A DNA stretch of 63,502 nucleotides, counting the filler, from Neoconidiobolus thromboides FSU 785 (lineage: Eukaryota; Fungi; Entomophthoromycota): assembly GCA_025603075.1 (NCBI GenBank). It is 4 parts of 4 records of this genome, joined end to end, with 100 filler letters (N's around TTAATTAATTAA, not from the genome) between each part and the next. Parts side by side here need not be neighbours in the genome. Positions count along the whole stretch, not along the records: positions 30,112 to 60,203 come from MU626487.1; 3 more parts are not named here. One strand, 5' to 3'. The position numbers were made by a program, and so were the translations under genes. This document shows positions 34,355 to 48,411 of this stretch, in pieces. Under the pieces are notes generated by a model that saw only the letters and a program-made list of their open reading frames with translations, was not told the DNA's origin and made no database searches. The first letter of the stretch is position 1, and each line of letters starts with the position of its first letter.

Positions 34355-35971
34355 ATGAATGAACTGATATTGACATATAAACCAAGAATTAGACAAGCAT
34401 GTGATCGGTGCTTCAAAAGTAAGCGGCGGTGTGACTTATTAATACCTGCCTGTAGTTATTGTAAAGAAAAAAAAAAAAATTGTACAAGAGAACGAATAAT
34501 TAATCGTAGACCAAGGATGTATAATAATGAGGAATTTCTTTCGAATGCATTTGTGTTATTTAAATCAAACAGGATTAAAAAGAAAATAAAAGCTGAAGAT
34601 GCCATAGGGATAAATCATAAATATTTTAATCAGTTCAAAATTTCTGCAGGTGGAACTAGGTTTAATTCTAATATTTCTATTGCTTCTGTCTTTCCTATCA
34701 AAATGTTTCATTCTTCTATTATGTTTGGTCAAGATTCTTACCTGTTTTATAAGGCTGCTCCAAATCAATATCTCAGTTTATTTTTTGATAAGCTACCTTC
34801 AGTCAAATTAGAGTCTACGGTTATAAAAAGCAACTCAAACATTTCTAATATAATGCCACAGCTTGTGGCTCTTTATTTCCAGAGATTTAATACACTATTG
34901 CCACTATTTACATATAGTCAGTTTATGAATAAGAAAAGGGATAGTGTATTAATTTATTCTATGATGTTAGTTAGCTTAACACAAACTAATGGTAGCGAAA
35001 ATTTATCAGAGTTAAAGGTATATCTAAAAGATTTATTAGTGAATACTTTTAAGCCCAGTCAATTAAAGATCAGTCTAAGTAACATTCAATCAATGGTTAT
35101 ACTGTTAAATGGATTAAAAGGATATGGTTCATCACTGCCATCATATTGCTTTTCTAATTTAAATAATCATTGTATATTATTAGGCTTGCATTTAAACTAT
35201 AGAGGCAATATTGAACGTAAACTATGCTATTCAGCAGTTATATATTTACTTACAATTGATGATCCTTACTCTAATGTGTTATTTGATACCCATGACCTAT
35301 GGAAAGAAAATAAAATGTTCTTAAATATAAGTAAGGAAGAATTAAATGAAAAAAAAATGCAACAAATAGTATTAGTATATTCAAATTATTGTTATAAATG
35401 CGGATTGTTCTTTAGGTATTTTTTTGATACCTTATTACACATCAATTCACTAATTATAAGTAACGAAAAAATGTCAAAAATTGTCGGCTTATTAGAATCC
35501 TTATCAAGTTCTATTAATAAGCCTGCAATAAGAAAATTGAATATTATTAAAAAAAGTATTTCTAATAAGGTATCTATTGAAATCATTGATACACTTATCA
35601 ATCATATAAAGATTATTTATTATTCAAATTGGACAGCTTTATATGATATTAAAAGCCTGGCATCACAAAGGAATAAAGAACAATTATTTTGTAAGTATAC
35701 AGTAATTAATCAACCAGAAAACCCCAATCTTTTAAAAGTTAATATTGAACATTTCCTGATTTACAACTCTAAGTTAACGCCAAGCTATTTTTCTACCATT
35801 CGATTCTTTGCATTTATCATAATATTTAATGCCGCTACTTCATACTCTAAATGGATTAAGGGCTCAGCTATTTTACTTGAACAAATAAGTAACCAATTTA
35901 ATGAATTAAGTAAAAATCATGATGAATTATTGTCCTTTATGCAGCTTATAATCGAGATTTCTACACAATAA
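34355..35971 (+). CDS. Zn(II)2Cys6 transcription factor, intronless, 538 aa
   Basis: CDRCFKSKRRCDLLIPACSYCKEKKKNC fits CX2CX6CX6CX2CX6C. LYFQRFNTLLPLF resembles the start of the fungal TF middle-homology region. Confidence 0.93.
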   Translation: MNELILTYKPRIRQACDRCFKSKRRCDLLIPACSYCKEKKKNCTRERIINRRPRMYNNEEFLSNAFVLFKSNRIKKKIKAEDAIGINHKYFNQFKISAGGTRFNSNISIASVFPIKMFHSSIMFGQDSYLFYKAAPNQYLSLFFDKLPSVKLESTVIKSNSNISNIMPQLVALYFQRFNTLLPLFTYSQFMNKKRDSVLIYSMMLVSLTQTNGSENLSELKVYLKDLLVNTFKPSQLKISLSNIQSMVILLNGLKGYGSSLPSYCFSNLNNHCILLGLHLNYRGNIERKLCYSAVIYLLTIDDPYSNVLFDTHDLWKENKMFLNISKEELNEKKMQQIVLVYSNYCYKCGLFFRYFFDTLLHINSLIISNEKMSKIVGLLESLSSSINKPAIRKLNIIKKSISNKVSIEIIDTLINHIKIIYYSNWTALYDIKSLASQRNKEQLFCKYTVINQPENPNLLKVNIEHFLIYNSKLTPSYFSTIRFFAFIIIFNAATSYSKWIKGSAILLEQISNQFNELSKNHDELLSFMQLIIEISTQ

Positions 35972-36297
35972 ATTATAATTTTCTTGTGACGTTGGAAACT
36001 CTTGTAAGATTCAGCTAATTTTAAAGAAAGTGATCTAATTTGAACTTAATAATATAAAGTGTGTTTTTTATTACAGTAAGACATTTGTACAAAAACAAAA
36101 TATTACTTTTCATGCAATTAAGCAATTTTTAGGTTTTAGTAATGTAAATATCCCACTTGATTTTACTGCATCTGTTAACTCATTTATTTCTATGTTAATT
36201 TTGACTAGTAGTGTAATAAAGAAATCAAACTACTATAACAATTTCAACTTTAAATAAATTCTTTATTAAAAAATTCTATAAATTCTATAATCTCCAT

Positions 36298-39240
36298 TTA
36301 AGGTTTTTCCATAGCTAAAAGGGTATAATCGATAAGATAAGATTGAGTAATAAGTTCATCTAATTTAGAATAATGCCTTTGAGTGTAAGGCAATAAAGCA
36401 CTGATATTCTATTTAAATAAAATTATTGGTATCAATATTTAATTTGATATATTATTATAAGAATAATTTACCTCTTTAATATTAGAAACACTTGATAAAT
36501 ATTCCACTGAATGATGTTTTAATATTAAATATAAAATTGATTGTGCTATATGTGAAAATCTTCCGTTGGTATTCCATTCTTTGATAAATTCAATGATTTT
36601 ACTTAACTATAATATGAATCCAATTTAACATTTTATACTATTACTATAGCGAAATTTCTTTACCTTTTGACTGTTTAATTTTGTAAATAGTTCATCTACC
36701 TTTAAAGATCCAGTAACACTAGTATCACCTATAAAATCAGATTAAGATCAATATACACACTATTAAATAAAAACTTACTCAGTTCTCTGTTTTCCGAAAT
36801 TTGATTTAAAACTCTAAAAAGTTGAGCTGGATGATTTAATTCAAAACAAAGTTCAATTGCTTTGACATAATCTTTTTTAACTAAACAATTTGATAATTTT
36901 TGTTCACTAAAGTAGCATAAATTAAGCACAACTATCAAAATAAATTAAAACTAAATCCTTACTTAGCAACTTTAGTTTCATTCTTGACTCTTTCCTTTTC
37001 CATTTCTTCTTCTGTTGTATCATTCCAAAAAGATATAACTGAATCGGCACCTCCACTGACAACTACTTTTTCGTCCGGGCGGATGGCTAAGGTCCAGATC
37101 TAAATGACAAATAAATTTCCCAGCTTGTTAATATCTGCAATAAACTTACTTTATCCTCATGATTATCCAATGTAGTTACACATTCACTTGTTTTAACATC
37201 CCATAATTTAACTAAACCATCCGAGCCAGCCGATATCAATTGTAATCCAGATGAAAAGAATTGGACATTTAATACAGAATTACTGTGGCCTTCAAAGGTC
37301 TATTTTGTTAAAAATTCAATTAATGTCAAAAACAAATCAGGTCAAACATCATAAACTTACTCTAATACAACTGAAATCATTAATATTCCAAAGCTTGATT
37401 GTTTTATCTCCAGAACTGGTGGCTACAACAGGGTTTTGTTCGGAAAAGTTGACACTCCAAACACCTCTTTTATGGCCTTTCAAAGTTCCTAAAAGCGCAC
37501 CATCTTCAGTGTTCCAGATCTATAATAAACATTAGTAAAAGTAAAAAAAACGAAATTTGATCCTTACTTTAGCAGTTTTATCTTGAGAACCAGTAGCAAT
37601 ATACCTATCCGAAGGTGAAAAAGTAATTGTATTAATATCTTTATCATGAGCTTGGAAAGTATAAACTGAAGTTGGTTTATAAACTTCATCGTTTTCTTCC
37701 TTATTTAAAGCTGGTGTAAAATCCCATAATTTAATGGTACGATCTTGAGATCCAGTTGCCATTAAATGCTTATGATCTGATTTATTAGAAATTGCCACAG
37801 CCCCTACAGCTTCTGCATGACCTGAGCAAATAGCCAAGCAATTGACTTTAGGCGAACCTTTACTGGTATCTACTTGCCATATTCTAGCTGAATGATCTTT
37901 AGATCCGGTGGCAATGATATTGGACCAGGATCTAGTGGCTAATACAAGTACCATGTCTGAATGGCCACTTACTAAAGTACAGTCCAAGTCTTCAGTGTTG
38001 TAAATACGAAAGCTTTCTGAGTTGCAAGCTACACCTAAATAACTTCCAGCACCTTGTTGTTCGCTACCAATATATTTTAAATCTACAATTTCATCGGTAT
38101 AACCCACAATTTGTTTAATTAAGCTTAAATCTTTTTCAAGTGAATAAGTTAAAATATTATGATCATCGGATATAGTTGTTATTGTTTTTTGTTGTTTATT
38201 AATAAATAAATCCGTCAACGAATGTTGTTTAGCTTGAAATTGAGGTTGTTGGTATACTTGTTTACCATCTTTAAAGTTGTAAATTTTAATTAATCCAGTT
38301 TCACCACCAATAAAAAATAACTCATTGTTAGTGATCTCAACCGCATTTTTTAAACAATCTTTTGGTAGAAAGCCAACATTTTCAATACTTTCATAAACTG
38401 GAATAGATTTAACTAATTCAAACTTCTTTAAATTCCAAATATTTACTACTTTATCTCTTGAGCCTGATAATAAGTAGCTGCCATCCTTAGATATATCTAA
38501 ACCACGAATAACCGATCCGTGATTGATTAAAGTAGTTAAACATTTACTTTTATTTAAATCCCATACTTTAATATTACAATCATTAGCTCCACTTATTAAC
38601 CATAACTTATTACTATTAGCTTCGGACAACTTATGAAATTTTAAACTAGAAATAACACCACTATGACCTTTAAATTGATGGGTCAAAAAGCCACCAACTA
38701 TATCATACAGCTTGATGCTACTATCAGCTGAACCAGTAGCTACTATTGTTGAACTATCATCGATTTCAATACAAATAACAGGGGCATCATTAGACTAAAA
38801 AATGTTAATAAAAAAACGGATCAATATTAGATTCAAATTGCTCACTTTAAATTGACGTATAATTTTATAAGTAGTTAGATCCCAAATATATAACATTAAA
38901 GACCTTGAAGCAGATACTAAATACTTTTCATCTTTTGATATACAAAAGCTAGTAATAATCTCAGAATCCTAAAACTAACATTAGTACTGTTGATTGACTA
39001 TTATTATTTTATCTATTACCCCTTTTAGAGTATGTAAAACTTTGCCGTTTTTAAATTCAGATACAATAATATCTTCACCTAAAGTACTATAGATTCTTTC
39101 TAAATCGGAAGATACTCTTACTTTTCCTCCAGTGTAAATGGACTCGATGGTCCCACTTAAACTAAAACTAAATTATTGTTAATGAGGGTTCTTTATGACC
39201 TAATGATCTAACTCTACCTTTTTTTAAGTTGCTCTTTCAT
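36298..39240 (-). CDS. UTP13: U3 snoRNP WD40 protein Utp13/TBL3, multi-exon
   Basis: N-terminal IESIYTGG, many WD40 repeats (GH...WD), IVGYTDEIVDLKY, and C-terminal LLPYTQRHYSKLDELITQSYLIDYTL characteristic of Utp13. Confidence 0.92.
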
Positions 39241-39506
39241 TTTACTTTATCTGAATAAACAATATTCAACAAGTTTTAATTTAAATTTTATTTGGAATTT
39301 AGTTTTGAACCAATCAAGTTGATATTTGGAATTTTGGAATAATAAACAGAAATCATTTATTACACATAAATAAAAATATATAAATAAAAATATATAAATA
39401 ATAAATATGTAAATAATAAGTATATCTAATACAATAATAAAAAGCAAATAAAATAACAATAATTTTAAGTTAAATCCATTTTATTTTCTATAAAAAATCT
39501 ACTAAT

Positions 39507-40429
39507 TTATTCTTCCTTTACCCCTTCTTTAGCAAGATAACCACGATTTTTTGGATTAGTATAATAAGCTAAAATAAATAATTAAAACTCCATATTAAAA
39601 AGCAAAATGTAATTCCACTTACCAATATCTTTCTTTTTCATAGGTTTAGCTGATTTTGGGATTTTAGCAAATTTATCAGGTCTAAGGTGAGCACGCATAG
39701 CTAATGGGTTATAATAAACAGTAGTTAAATTTCCGCCCTTTTCTTCGATAGTCTCAATAGCTCTTTGAGTAGCTTGAGATACCTCGATTTTAATTGGAGT
39801 GTTTAAATATTCACCTCCCTAAAAAAATAAAAATAAAAACCATCCTAATAATATTCTATTCTGAAAAATTAGTCTAATCTGAAAGCTTACATCTCCTAAT
39901 AATTTAACTCCATCTTTAAATTTATGTAAACATCCAGAATCAATTAAACTTTTCATTGTAATTAATTTACTAGGATCGATTCGTCCAGTATCAATCCAAC
40001 GTTGAACTCGATTTAATCTTAATGGTTTAATATCATATGCATGTCTAAAAAAAGGCCATTAATACTTTTCACCAAAAAACTCTTTGTCCTTTTTATCACT
40101 TACACATTCTTAAATCCTCTCTTTGGAATCAATTTCTTAATTGGAGTTTGTCCACCTTCAAACCCAAGTCTAGGTTTGGAATTACCAGATCGTGCTTTTT
40201 GACCTTTATGACCACGACCACATGTTTTTCCATGTCCAGAACTACGTCCTCTACCTACTCTTTTTCTCTCTTTAATAGCTCCTGGATTATCTTGAATCGT
40301 ATTCAATTTGACTGGTATTCTTGGGGCATTCACTAATAATCCCATACTTCTCCTAAGGCTTAGATTGGGCTGAATTAAACATTGGCGAGTGATATTGCCA
40401 ATGTTTAATTTTAATACATTTGGGAGCAT
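39507..40429 (-). CDS. MRPL10: Mitochondrial ribosomal protein uL15m, multi-exon
   Basis: [36 protein letters not shown] and GFEGGQTPI. Later exons read [10 protein letters not shown] and [16 protein letters not shown]. The N-terminus is presequence-like from Met 40429. Confidence 0.93.
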
Positions 40430-40757
40430 TATTAAAATTAAACGTGGATTTTGATTCAAATCCAATTGATGTTTTGTGTTTTAGTAAATTATTATGGGAT
40501 CCCCCTTAAAATTAAATGAGTCTTGTTAATTCATTGTTAATTTTCTTCAATGGTTCTTATACAAGTTGAGATTGAACTAATTAAAAACTAGTGGTTATAA
40601 AATTCATTTCGAAATGATTTGTTCGATTATAAATTTCGTTAAAATTTTAATAACAATTGAAATTTAAATCAAATTAAATTTTTAGTGCCACTTTTTTATA
40701 TTCATCAATTTTTAAATTACTTTTTAGATAAAAATAATTACAAATCACATATAAACA

Positions 40758-42756
40758 ATGGATTATTTTTATGAAGCAAAAACAATCTTACAAAAAGTGT
40801 AATTATGAAAAACTTCTATTCATGAACTCAAAAACTAACTTTTGTTTTCTCTTTTAGTAAACATGCTGTATTAAACTTGACAGAAATGGAGTCGAAAGTG
40901 ATGGAAGCTACTAATGGAGAAAAATGGGGAGCATCTTCAACTTTAATGCAAGAAATAGCCAAAGGGACCTTTCATTTGTAAGTATCAACTAATTTACATT
41001 TTTAGTTAATAAAAAATACATTAACTTTACTTAAAAGTCAACAATTCAATGAAGTAATGAACATCATTACTAAACGTTTAACTGAAAGAGAGCCAGAAAG
41101 ATGGAGACACGTTTATAAAGTAAAAATTGATATAATTTTTGATTATAACAAAAGTGTTTAATTATTTTAATACTATTATTAGGCTTTGACCTTATTAGAA
41201 TATTTAATTAAAAATGGTAGTGAAAAAGTAGTGGACTATTCAAGATCTCATATTTCGATTATAAAAAGTTTACGTAGTTTTAATTATATCGATGAAAAAG
41301 GAAAAGATCAAGGGATCAATGGTACGCTTCTTTATTTATATACCATTTGTGGATTTTTTTATTAATTATTTTAATTTATTAGTAAAAAATCGTAGTAAAG
41401 AAATTGTGGACTTGTTAAGTTCTACTGAAAAAATAAAAGAAGAAAGAAAAAAAGCCAAAGCAAACAAATCAAAATATGTCGGTATTGGCTCAGAACCAAC
41501 CGGCTTTAGTTCTAATTCAATGAATGGGTTTGGTTCTGGTCCATCTTATTCTTCAAGTGGAATTGGTTCGAATTATGGTAATTCAAGGTTTGAAGGTAAC
41601 TTTTATTTTTATTTAATAATAACATGTAATGAATAATATTTATTTACATTAGAATCAGTTAGTAGTTCTAGATTTAATGATAATGACGATTATGGAGAAT
41701 CTACTTTTAATAATGATAATGATAATTCATTTAAAAATAAACAAGAATCGCCATTACCACCAACTCCTAACGTAGAGGATTTATTTTCTTTTGATGAACC
41801 AGAACCAAGTATCAATAATAATAATAATAATAATAGTGGAATCAATAATAGTAATAATAATAACGATGATTGGAGTGATTTTAAAGGTTCTAATAATGAT
41901 TTTGGTAAATTTAGTAGTTTATAATAATATTCATATTAACAATATACTAATTCTGATAACTCTCATTCTTTTTATAGATGATTTTGGTGATTTCCAATCG
42001 ATTTCAGCTACAAATAATAATCCTCAAACTTCCACTTTTTCAACTCAAAAAGACACTTCATTTCCGTTAGATTTTATGAGCAATGATAGTAATTTAACAA
42101 CATCAACTATTCCTGTTAGTGCTACACAATCTAAAGTAAAGGATCCACTCGATGACTTATTAGGTGAAATAGATTCTGTTACTGCGAATAACAATAAAGT
42201 ACAATCAAAGATTGCTGGAAATACATTGAGTGTGAATAACAATAATAATAACAATAATAGCAACAAAAATATCCAAACCACACAAGCTACTCAAACCAAT
42301 AAAAATGATATTTGGAGCCAACATTCTAATTTATTTTCTTTGGATAATTTATCATTTGGAGGTAATAATTCTAATAACAATAATAGCAACAATCATCAAA
42401 AGAAACCAAGTATGAATTCGATGTATAGTAATAACAATGGAAATATGAATAACAACAACAATACATTGAACTTCAACAATAATAACAATAATAATAATAG
42501 TATATTTAATACCAATAATAGTAATTTTAATTTAATCAATAATACAACTGGGTTTAGTAATTCATTGCAAAACAATAACACTTCATTTAACAGCAATAGT
42601 AACTTTAATTCAAGTATGAATTTTAGTAATAACAGTTTTGGTAATAATAGTTTTGGTAATAGTAATATGCGCGGTGGTATGAATAATATGACTTCCTCAT
42701 CAACTGCTAAACCCTTATCTCAAGATGATTTAAAAGATTTAGATTCTTTAATTTAA
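40758..42756 (+). CDS. ENT3: Epsin-related ENTH-domain clathrin adaptor (Ent3/EpsinR) with Asn-rich tail, multi-exon
   Basis: TEMESKVMEATNGEKWGASSTLMQEIA, WRHVYK, LEYLIKNGSE and YIDEKGKDQGIN are ENTH motifs. The tail carries DDWSDF, DDFGDF and DLL adaptor motifs. Confidence 0.9.
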
Positions 42757-43038
42757 AATTAGGGTTAGATCAGAGACTTTTCCTAGGATGAACAATATTA
42801 CAAATGAATAAAAAAATTATATTTTATATTATTTCATTATTATTATCTTTATGTGTAGTTTTAAAATAAATTTAGTTTATTTAAGTTCTTGATTATTTTG
42901 TTGACTTTAATTGATTGGCCCAAATTCATTTTAATGCATCATTCCAAAAATACTCCAAATTCAACTCAAGCTTTTAAACCCTATTGTTCATATTTAAATA
43001 ACAACATTTCAACATCTTATTTTATTGAATCTGTCAAA

Positions 43039-43197
43039 ATGATTACCGACGAACAATTACAAAATTTAGTCAATTATTGTGGTATTTTAATCTTAGTTTT
43101 AATCTTAATTCATCACTTTATTCATATTAATGGAGATAAAATTGGCAGTGGGAAGAATGTATCAATGGGAAAAGAAATTAAGATTAAAAAGAAATAA
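43039..43197 (+). CDS. OST4: Oligosaccharyltransferase subunit Ost4, 52 aa
   Basis: MITDEQLQNLVNYCGILILVLILIHHF resembles yeast Ost4 (MISDEQLNSLA...LIVIYH). The true start is ATG 43039, inside the listed 42889..43197 ORF. Confidence 0.85.
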   Translation: MITDEQLQNLVNYCGILILVLILIHHFIHINGDKIGSGKNVSMGKEIKIKKK

Positions 43198-43640
43198 TAG
43201 ATAAGAAAAATCAATAGGGATGATCGGTGTTAAATTCAATATTGGAGTATTATTAAATTTATAATAAAGTTATCTTTTTCTATCTATAATAATTAACCCA
43301 TTTATTTGATTTAAATTTTGTTAGTTCATTCTTACTTTTAATTTATTGACTTTAGCATAAAAATTTAATTTTAGTTTGAATTATGGATCTTGATTTCTTT
43401 GTAAAATCTTGGAAACGCAAAATAGTTTACTAACCCTTTATATCCTAGTTGTATCTTATATACACTTATTAACATCCTCATTTACCAAATCACCCTGTAC
43501 AGTTCATCCTAACTTTACGCAAACTCCATTTTTCTTTATATTGTAAAGTTTCCTATTTTTGCAAAAATTTTCTACCATCTAAATTTCGAAAATCCTTGCT
43601 TTTTAAAATATTACTCTTAAATTTTTAAATCCTAGAAATT

Positions 43641-46600
43641 ATGAAATATCAAACTAAGAAAAGAGGACGTGAAGAAAAGGTACACTTATATACATATAAT
43701 AAACAATTTTAGCTTTAATTATTATTTTAATTTAGAGTATTAAACTTCAAAAGAGAGAAGAAAGTGATAGTGACTTGGGGATTAGTGATGATGGCGAAGA
43801 CTTGATGGAAAAGGCTATGAGTTATAAGGAGGAAGTGGAAGAGAGTGAAGAAGAGAGTGAAGAAGAGAGTGAAGAAGAGATAGAAAATACAGGAAATATA
43901 GAAAATGTAGAAGAAGTTGATAGTTCCGATTCCGAAGCGAAGTTCATCAAGTCTAAAAAAAATGGAGAGAAAAGCAAGTTTAATCTACCACAAGTTGGTG
44001 AAGTAGCTGATATTTTGAATATTGAAGAACAGTTCGGCTCCAATTTATTTAAGTTACAGGTAAATTCTTTAAAGATTGGATATTTGGGAAGTGAAGTTAA
44101 TAGTTGTTTATTTTTAGATTGAAGAGTTAATAAAAAGAAATCAAGTATCTTTTGGTAATTTAAAAGAGTTAGAATTAGAATTAAAGAGCATTAAGTCAAT
44201 ATTGGAAAATAGTCAAGAGTCATTAGAATTAAAAGTAAGTTATAATATACTTATTACTCAACTTAAAATAATGATAACTAAATGATACTTTATTCAGTTG
44301 ACAGAAGCTTATAAATTATTTGAAATGGATGGGATTAAAATTCCATTTCCAGAGCCAAAACCAGAATTAAACTCCAACTTTAAATATTCTTATATAAAAC
44401 CAGATAAGATTAATATCATTGGTAGTTATCCATTAAATACTTTATGCAAGTTACCAGATAAAGAAATCAGCATCGATATGTTATTAGAAATGCCAGAAGT
44501 AAGTGATTTAATATTAATTATAATATTAAAGGTATTGAGAGTTATTTTTTATAGGTCTTATTTGTTGAAAAAGATTATTTAAATTTACGTTATTTTTATA
44601 AACGTAGTTATTATGTAGCTCATTTAGCTAAGTTGTTTCAAAGTCAAAAGAAATATGCTATTAATTATTATTTAATTGATAATGATTATCGTAAACCAGG
44701 ATTATGTATTAAATATAAAACATACCAAATTAATTTGATACCTAGTATTAATAGTAAAGTATTTCGATTAATTAGATTTAGTCCAATCAAAAATAATTTA
44801 AGATTAAATTATTTGAATCCAAATAATATTACAACAGAAGAACAAGATCAACCTGCTACACCATTATATAATACTTTGTTAATAAGAGATACCTTATATT
44901 TAAGCCATTTAACTTATTTATATCAATTTATTAAAAAATGTCCCAATTTCCAGTCTGCAATTATATTAATTAAATTATGGCTGTATTCTCACGGGATTCA
45001 ATTATACTGTAAATCAATTAACGGTTTTATTTGTTCTATTTTATTAGCTCATTTATTGGAAATTAATCAAGTAAAATCTAATTTTTCTTCTTGGCAGCTA
45101 TTCAAAGCATTCTTAGAATTTTTAGGTATAATTAAATTTATTATTATTATTATTATTATTATAAACTATAAGGATTGTTATTAATATGACTTTATATTTT
45201 AGGCAATCATGATTTTATAAAGAATCCAGTTATGATTGGTTCGTCAGAAGATCAAGTTAATGTAGGTTTAGTAATAATAATCTAATAATTAAATTTAATA
45301 AATATTTAAATAGTTCTCAAAAGAAATATTTCAACAAAGTTTTGAAATTAGTATAATAGATCCAAGTGGATATGCTAATTTAGTACCTAATTTTAATTCT
45401 AATGAATTAAAATATGTACAAAATGAAGCTAAAATGGGATTGCAAATGATTTTACAAAATAAGCAACAATTATTTGATTATTTATTTATTAATAATTTAA
45501 AACAAGCTTATTTAAAATTTGATCATGTTTTTAGGTAACATAATTATTTTATAAAATATTATTTATAACAACTTAACAATAATATATTGATACTTATTTA
45601 TTTTAGTTTTAAATTTAATGATAATTTATTAAAAGAGTGGTTAAATGATAAAGTATTATTAGACAATCAAAATCGGTATATTTTATTTATTAATAAGATT
45701 ATATTATTTTTAAAAGAAGCATTAACCAATCGTATTCAAACTGTATTAATCAAAACCAATGATTATAGTTTATTAGATATTAAGAAAGAAATCAATTTAA
45801 ATCAATTAAATCAATCTTTATCGATTCAGTTTGGATTAATATTAGATTCAGAACATTCAAAACGATTAGTAGATCGAGGACCATCTCCATTAAATAAAAG
45901 TGAATGTAAACGATTTCAATTTTTATGGGGAAAAAAAAGTGAATTAAGAAGGTTTCAAGATGGTAATATATTAGAAAGTGTTATTTGGAATTGTCAACAT
46001 ATTGAAGAAAGAAGATTGATTTTATCAAAAATAATTCACTATTTATTTAAACTACATTTTAATATAACTAAAATTAACTACTGGTCAGGTCAATTATTTA
46101 ATTATATTCGACTAAATGAATTCAATTTGAGAGGAGAAGATTATTTAAAATTAACTCAAAAAGGATATCAACCAATTATGGAAGCTTATGATCAATTAAG
46201 TACAATTTTAAAAGATACTGAAAATATACCATTATATTGCAATAAAATTATTAAAAATTCTTCACAATTAAGGTATACTTCTTTATTTATACCACAACCT
46301 ATTTTAAATTTAGAAGAATTTAAACAATTGCCTTTTCAATTACAGTATAATGAACCAATTAAAATTATAATTGAACATCAAGAATCACCTCATTGGCCAA
46401 ATGATTTACAAGCCTTACAAAATGTTAAATCGGCTATGTTAATGAAATATCAGCAAGAATTAGAAAAGAAAGGTATAACAAGTAGTATTGCAGTAGATCC
46501 TAAACAAACTCAATTTTATAATGGGTATCGTCCAACTTATTTAACTATTTATTTTCAACCTGGATTTTTATTTCAAGTATCTATTTATAGTCAAAAAGAA

Positions 46601-47751
46601 GAAGAATTATTATTAGAAGATAAGAACTATAAAAAAGAATATGAAAAATTTATTATTGATTATAAATTTACACCCACAATATCTACATTTATTCATGCTT
46701 TATGTCAAACTTATCCTACATTATCTTATGTCATTCGTATTGTTAAAAGATGGTTAAATATTCATTTATTAAGTAATTATTTTTGTGATGAATTAATTGA
46801 ATTATTATGTTCTATTATTTATACAAATTCAAGCCCATTTACTATTGCTAATTCTATTGGTGCTGGTTTTAGTCGATTTTTATATTTATTGATCAATCAT
46901 AATTTTGAATTACAGCCATTAACAATTGATTTTAATATTATTGGTGAAGATAATGAATTAAATAATAATAATAATAAATCAAATCAGCAATTAAATAATT
47001 ATAGTAATAATGAAGAAATACAAATGATTAATATAATTAATAACGAAGAGTTTAATGAATTAAATTTGTTATTAATTAATAAGAAAGTATTAAATAAAGT
47101 TAAAAAATTAGCTACAGCTAGTTTAAATTGTATTGATCAATTTATTCAAAATGGAGATATTAAAAATATTAATCGAATGTTTTTAACACCAATGAAACAA
47201 TTTGACTTAATATTAACATTAAATGAAAAATGGATATCAAATAGTTTTATGAGAATTCAATGTGATTTAAAAGAAAAAGATAATGAAGACGAAAATAATC
47301 AACAATTATTAGAGAAGATGTTCAATCAAGAAAATTCACAATTTATCGGATTAGATTTTAATCCCTTATTTTATTTTATTGAAGAGTTAAAGGTAAATTT
47401 ATTTTCTATGTTACATAAAATTAAAAAAGGGTTATATATTAATTTGTATTAATTTTAGTTAAACTACCCTTATTTATTAATTTATTATGATCAATATGGC
47501 GGTAATAAAATCGGTATCAAATTACCAGTAGTTAAAAGTAATAACTTTAAATTAACTAGTACAATCCCAATGACACCTAAAGTAAGCTTTAATGCTTCAA
47601 TTATAATAACTTTAATATTAACTTTAATTTATAGAATTATATAAAAGATAATTTTGAGTTTGAATTAAATATTGATATATTGACTAATGAAATTCAACGA
47701 CTTGGTCAAGGATTTTTAATGAAAATAGAAGTTAATCAAAGTCAAGATTAA
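43641..47751 (+). CDS. UTP22: U3 snoRNP / rRNA processing protein Utp22 (NOL6/Nrap), multi-exon
   Basis: Acidic N-terminus, IIGSYPL...IDMLLEMP, KDYLNLRYFYKRSYY, TPLYNTL, VDRGPS, FQFLWGKKSELRRFQDGNILESVIW, HWPNDLQA and R..KRWL..HLL. Confidence 0.92.
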
Positions 47752-48411
47752 TCTGATTGAAAGATACAATATAGAGTAATTAAATTGATAGATATTGAAG
47801 AAAAGGAGAAGCTATTTTATAGATTTTTATTTTATTTTTAAAATAAAGTTTTATGTTTTATTATTTTAAGCAAAACTGTTTTAGTTTGAAATTGAAATAT
47901 TAGAATTAATGCACGATTAGGTGTTAGTTAATATTTATGACAGTATTAAGTTGTTAATTATTAGATAGAAGGAATAGTTAAGTAGTTATCATAAAATAGA
48001 AGTGAGGATTTTAGCTTTGGTTTTAAACTAGTTAAGATGGAATAGAATAGTAATAAATTGTAATGTTTTTATGTTGAAGATGTAAATTTTTTAAAAATCA
48101 AAATGAAAATCAAAATGAAAAAAATATTTAAATTTATTCTAAATAAGAAACGAGAATTTTTTGGAAATAATAATCAAGAATCAAATATTTTAATAAAGTA
48201 CCCAACCCTCACCACCTTAAAAAAACTCATATACTAATTGAAAATTCAAGCTTACAAAACTTGTTCATCAGATAAATTTGAAGAATAAATTTTCAAAAAA
48301 ATCAGATAAAATTCTTTAAATTTCAGATTAAAAATATCTCGAAAATAATCTCAAAAAAAAGTTCATTCTTTTTTCATTCTAACTAATTCAATCAACAAAA
48401 AAAATAAAAAA

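Noticed and set aside
39247-39459. Hydrophobic low-complexity ORF between UTP13 and uL15m (similar: 30933..31157, 51809..51991)
   Set aside because: Translation of A/T-rich spacer, intron or antisense sequence; 30933..31157 is the antisense of the transposase relic.
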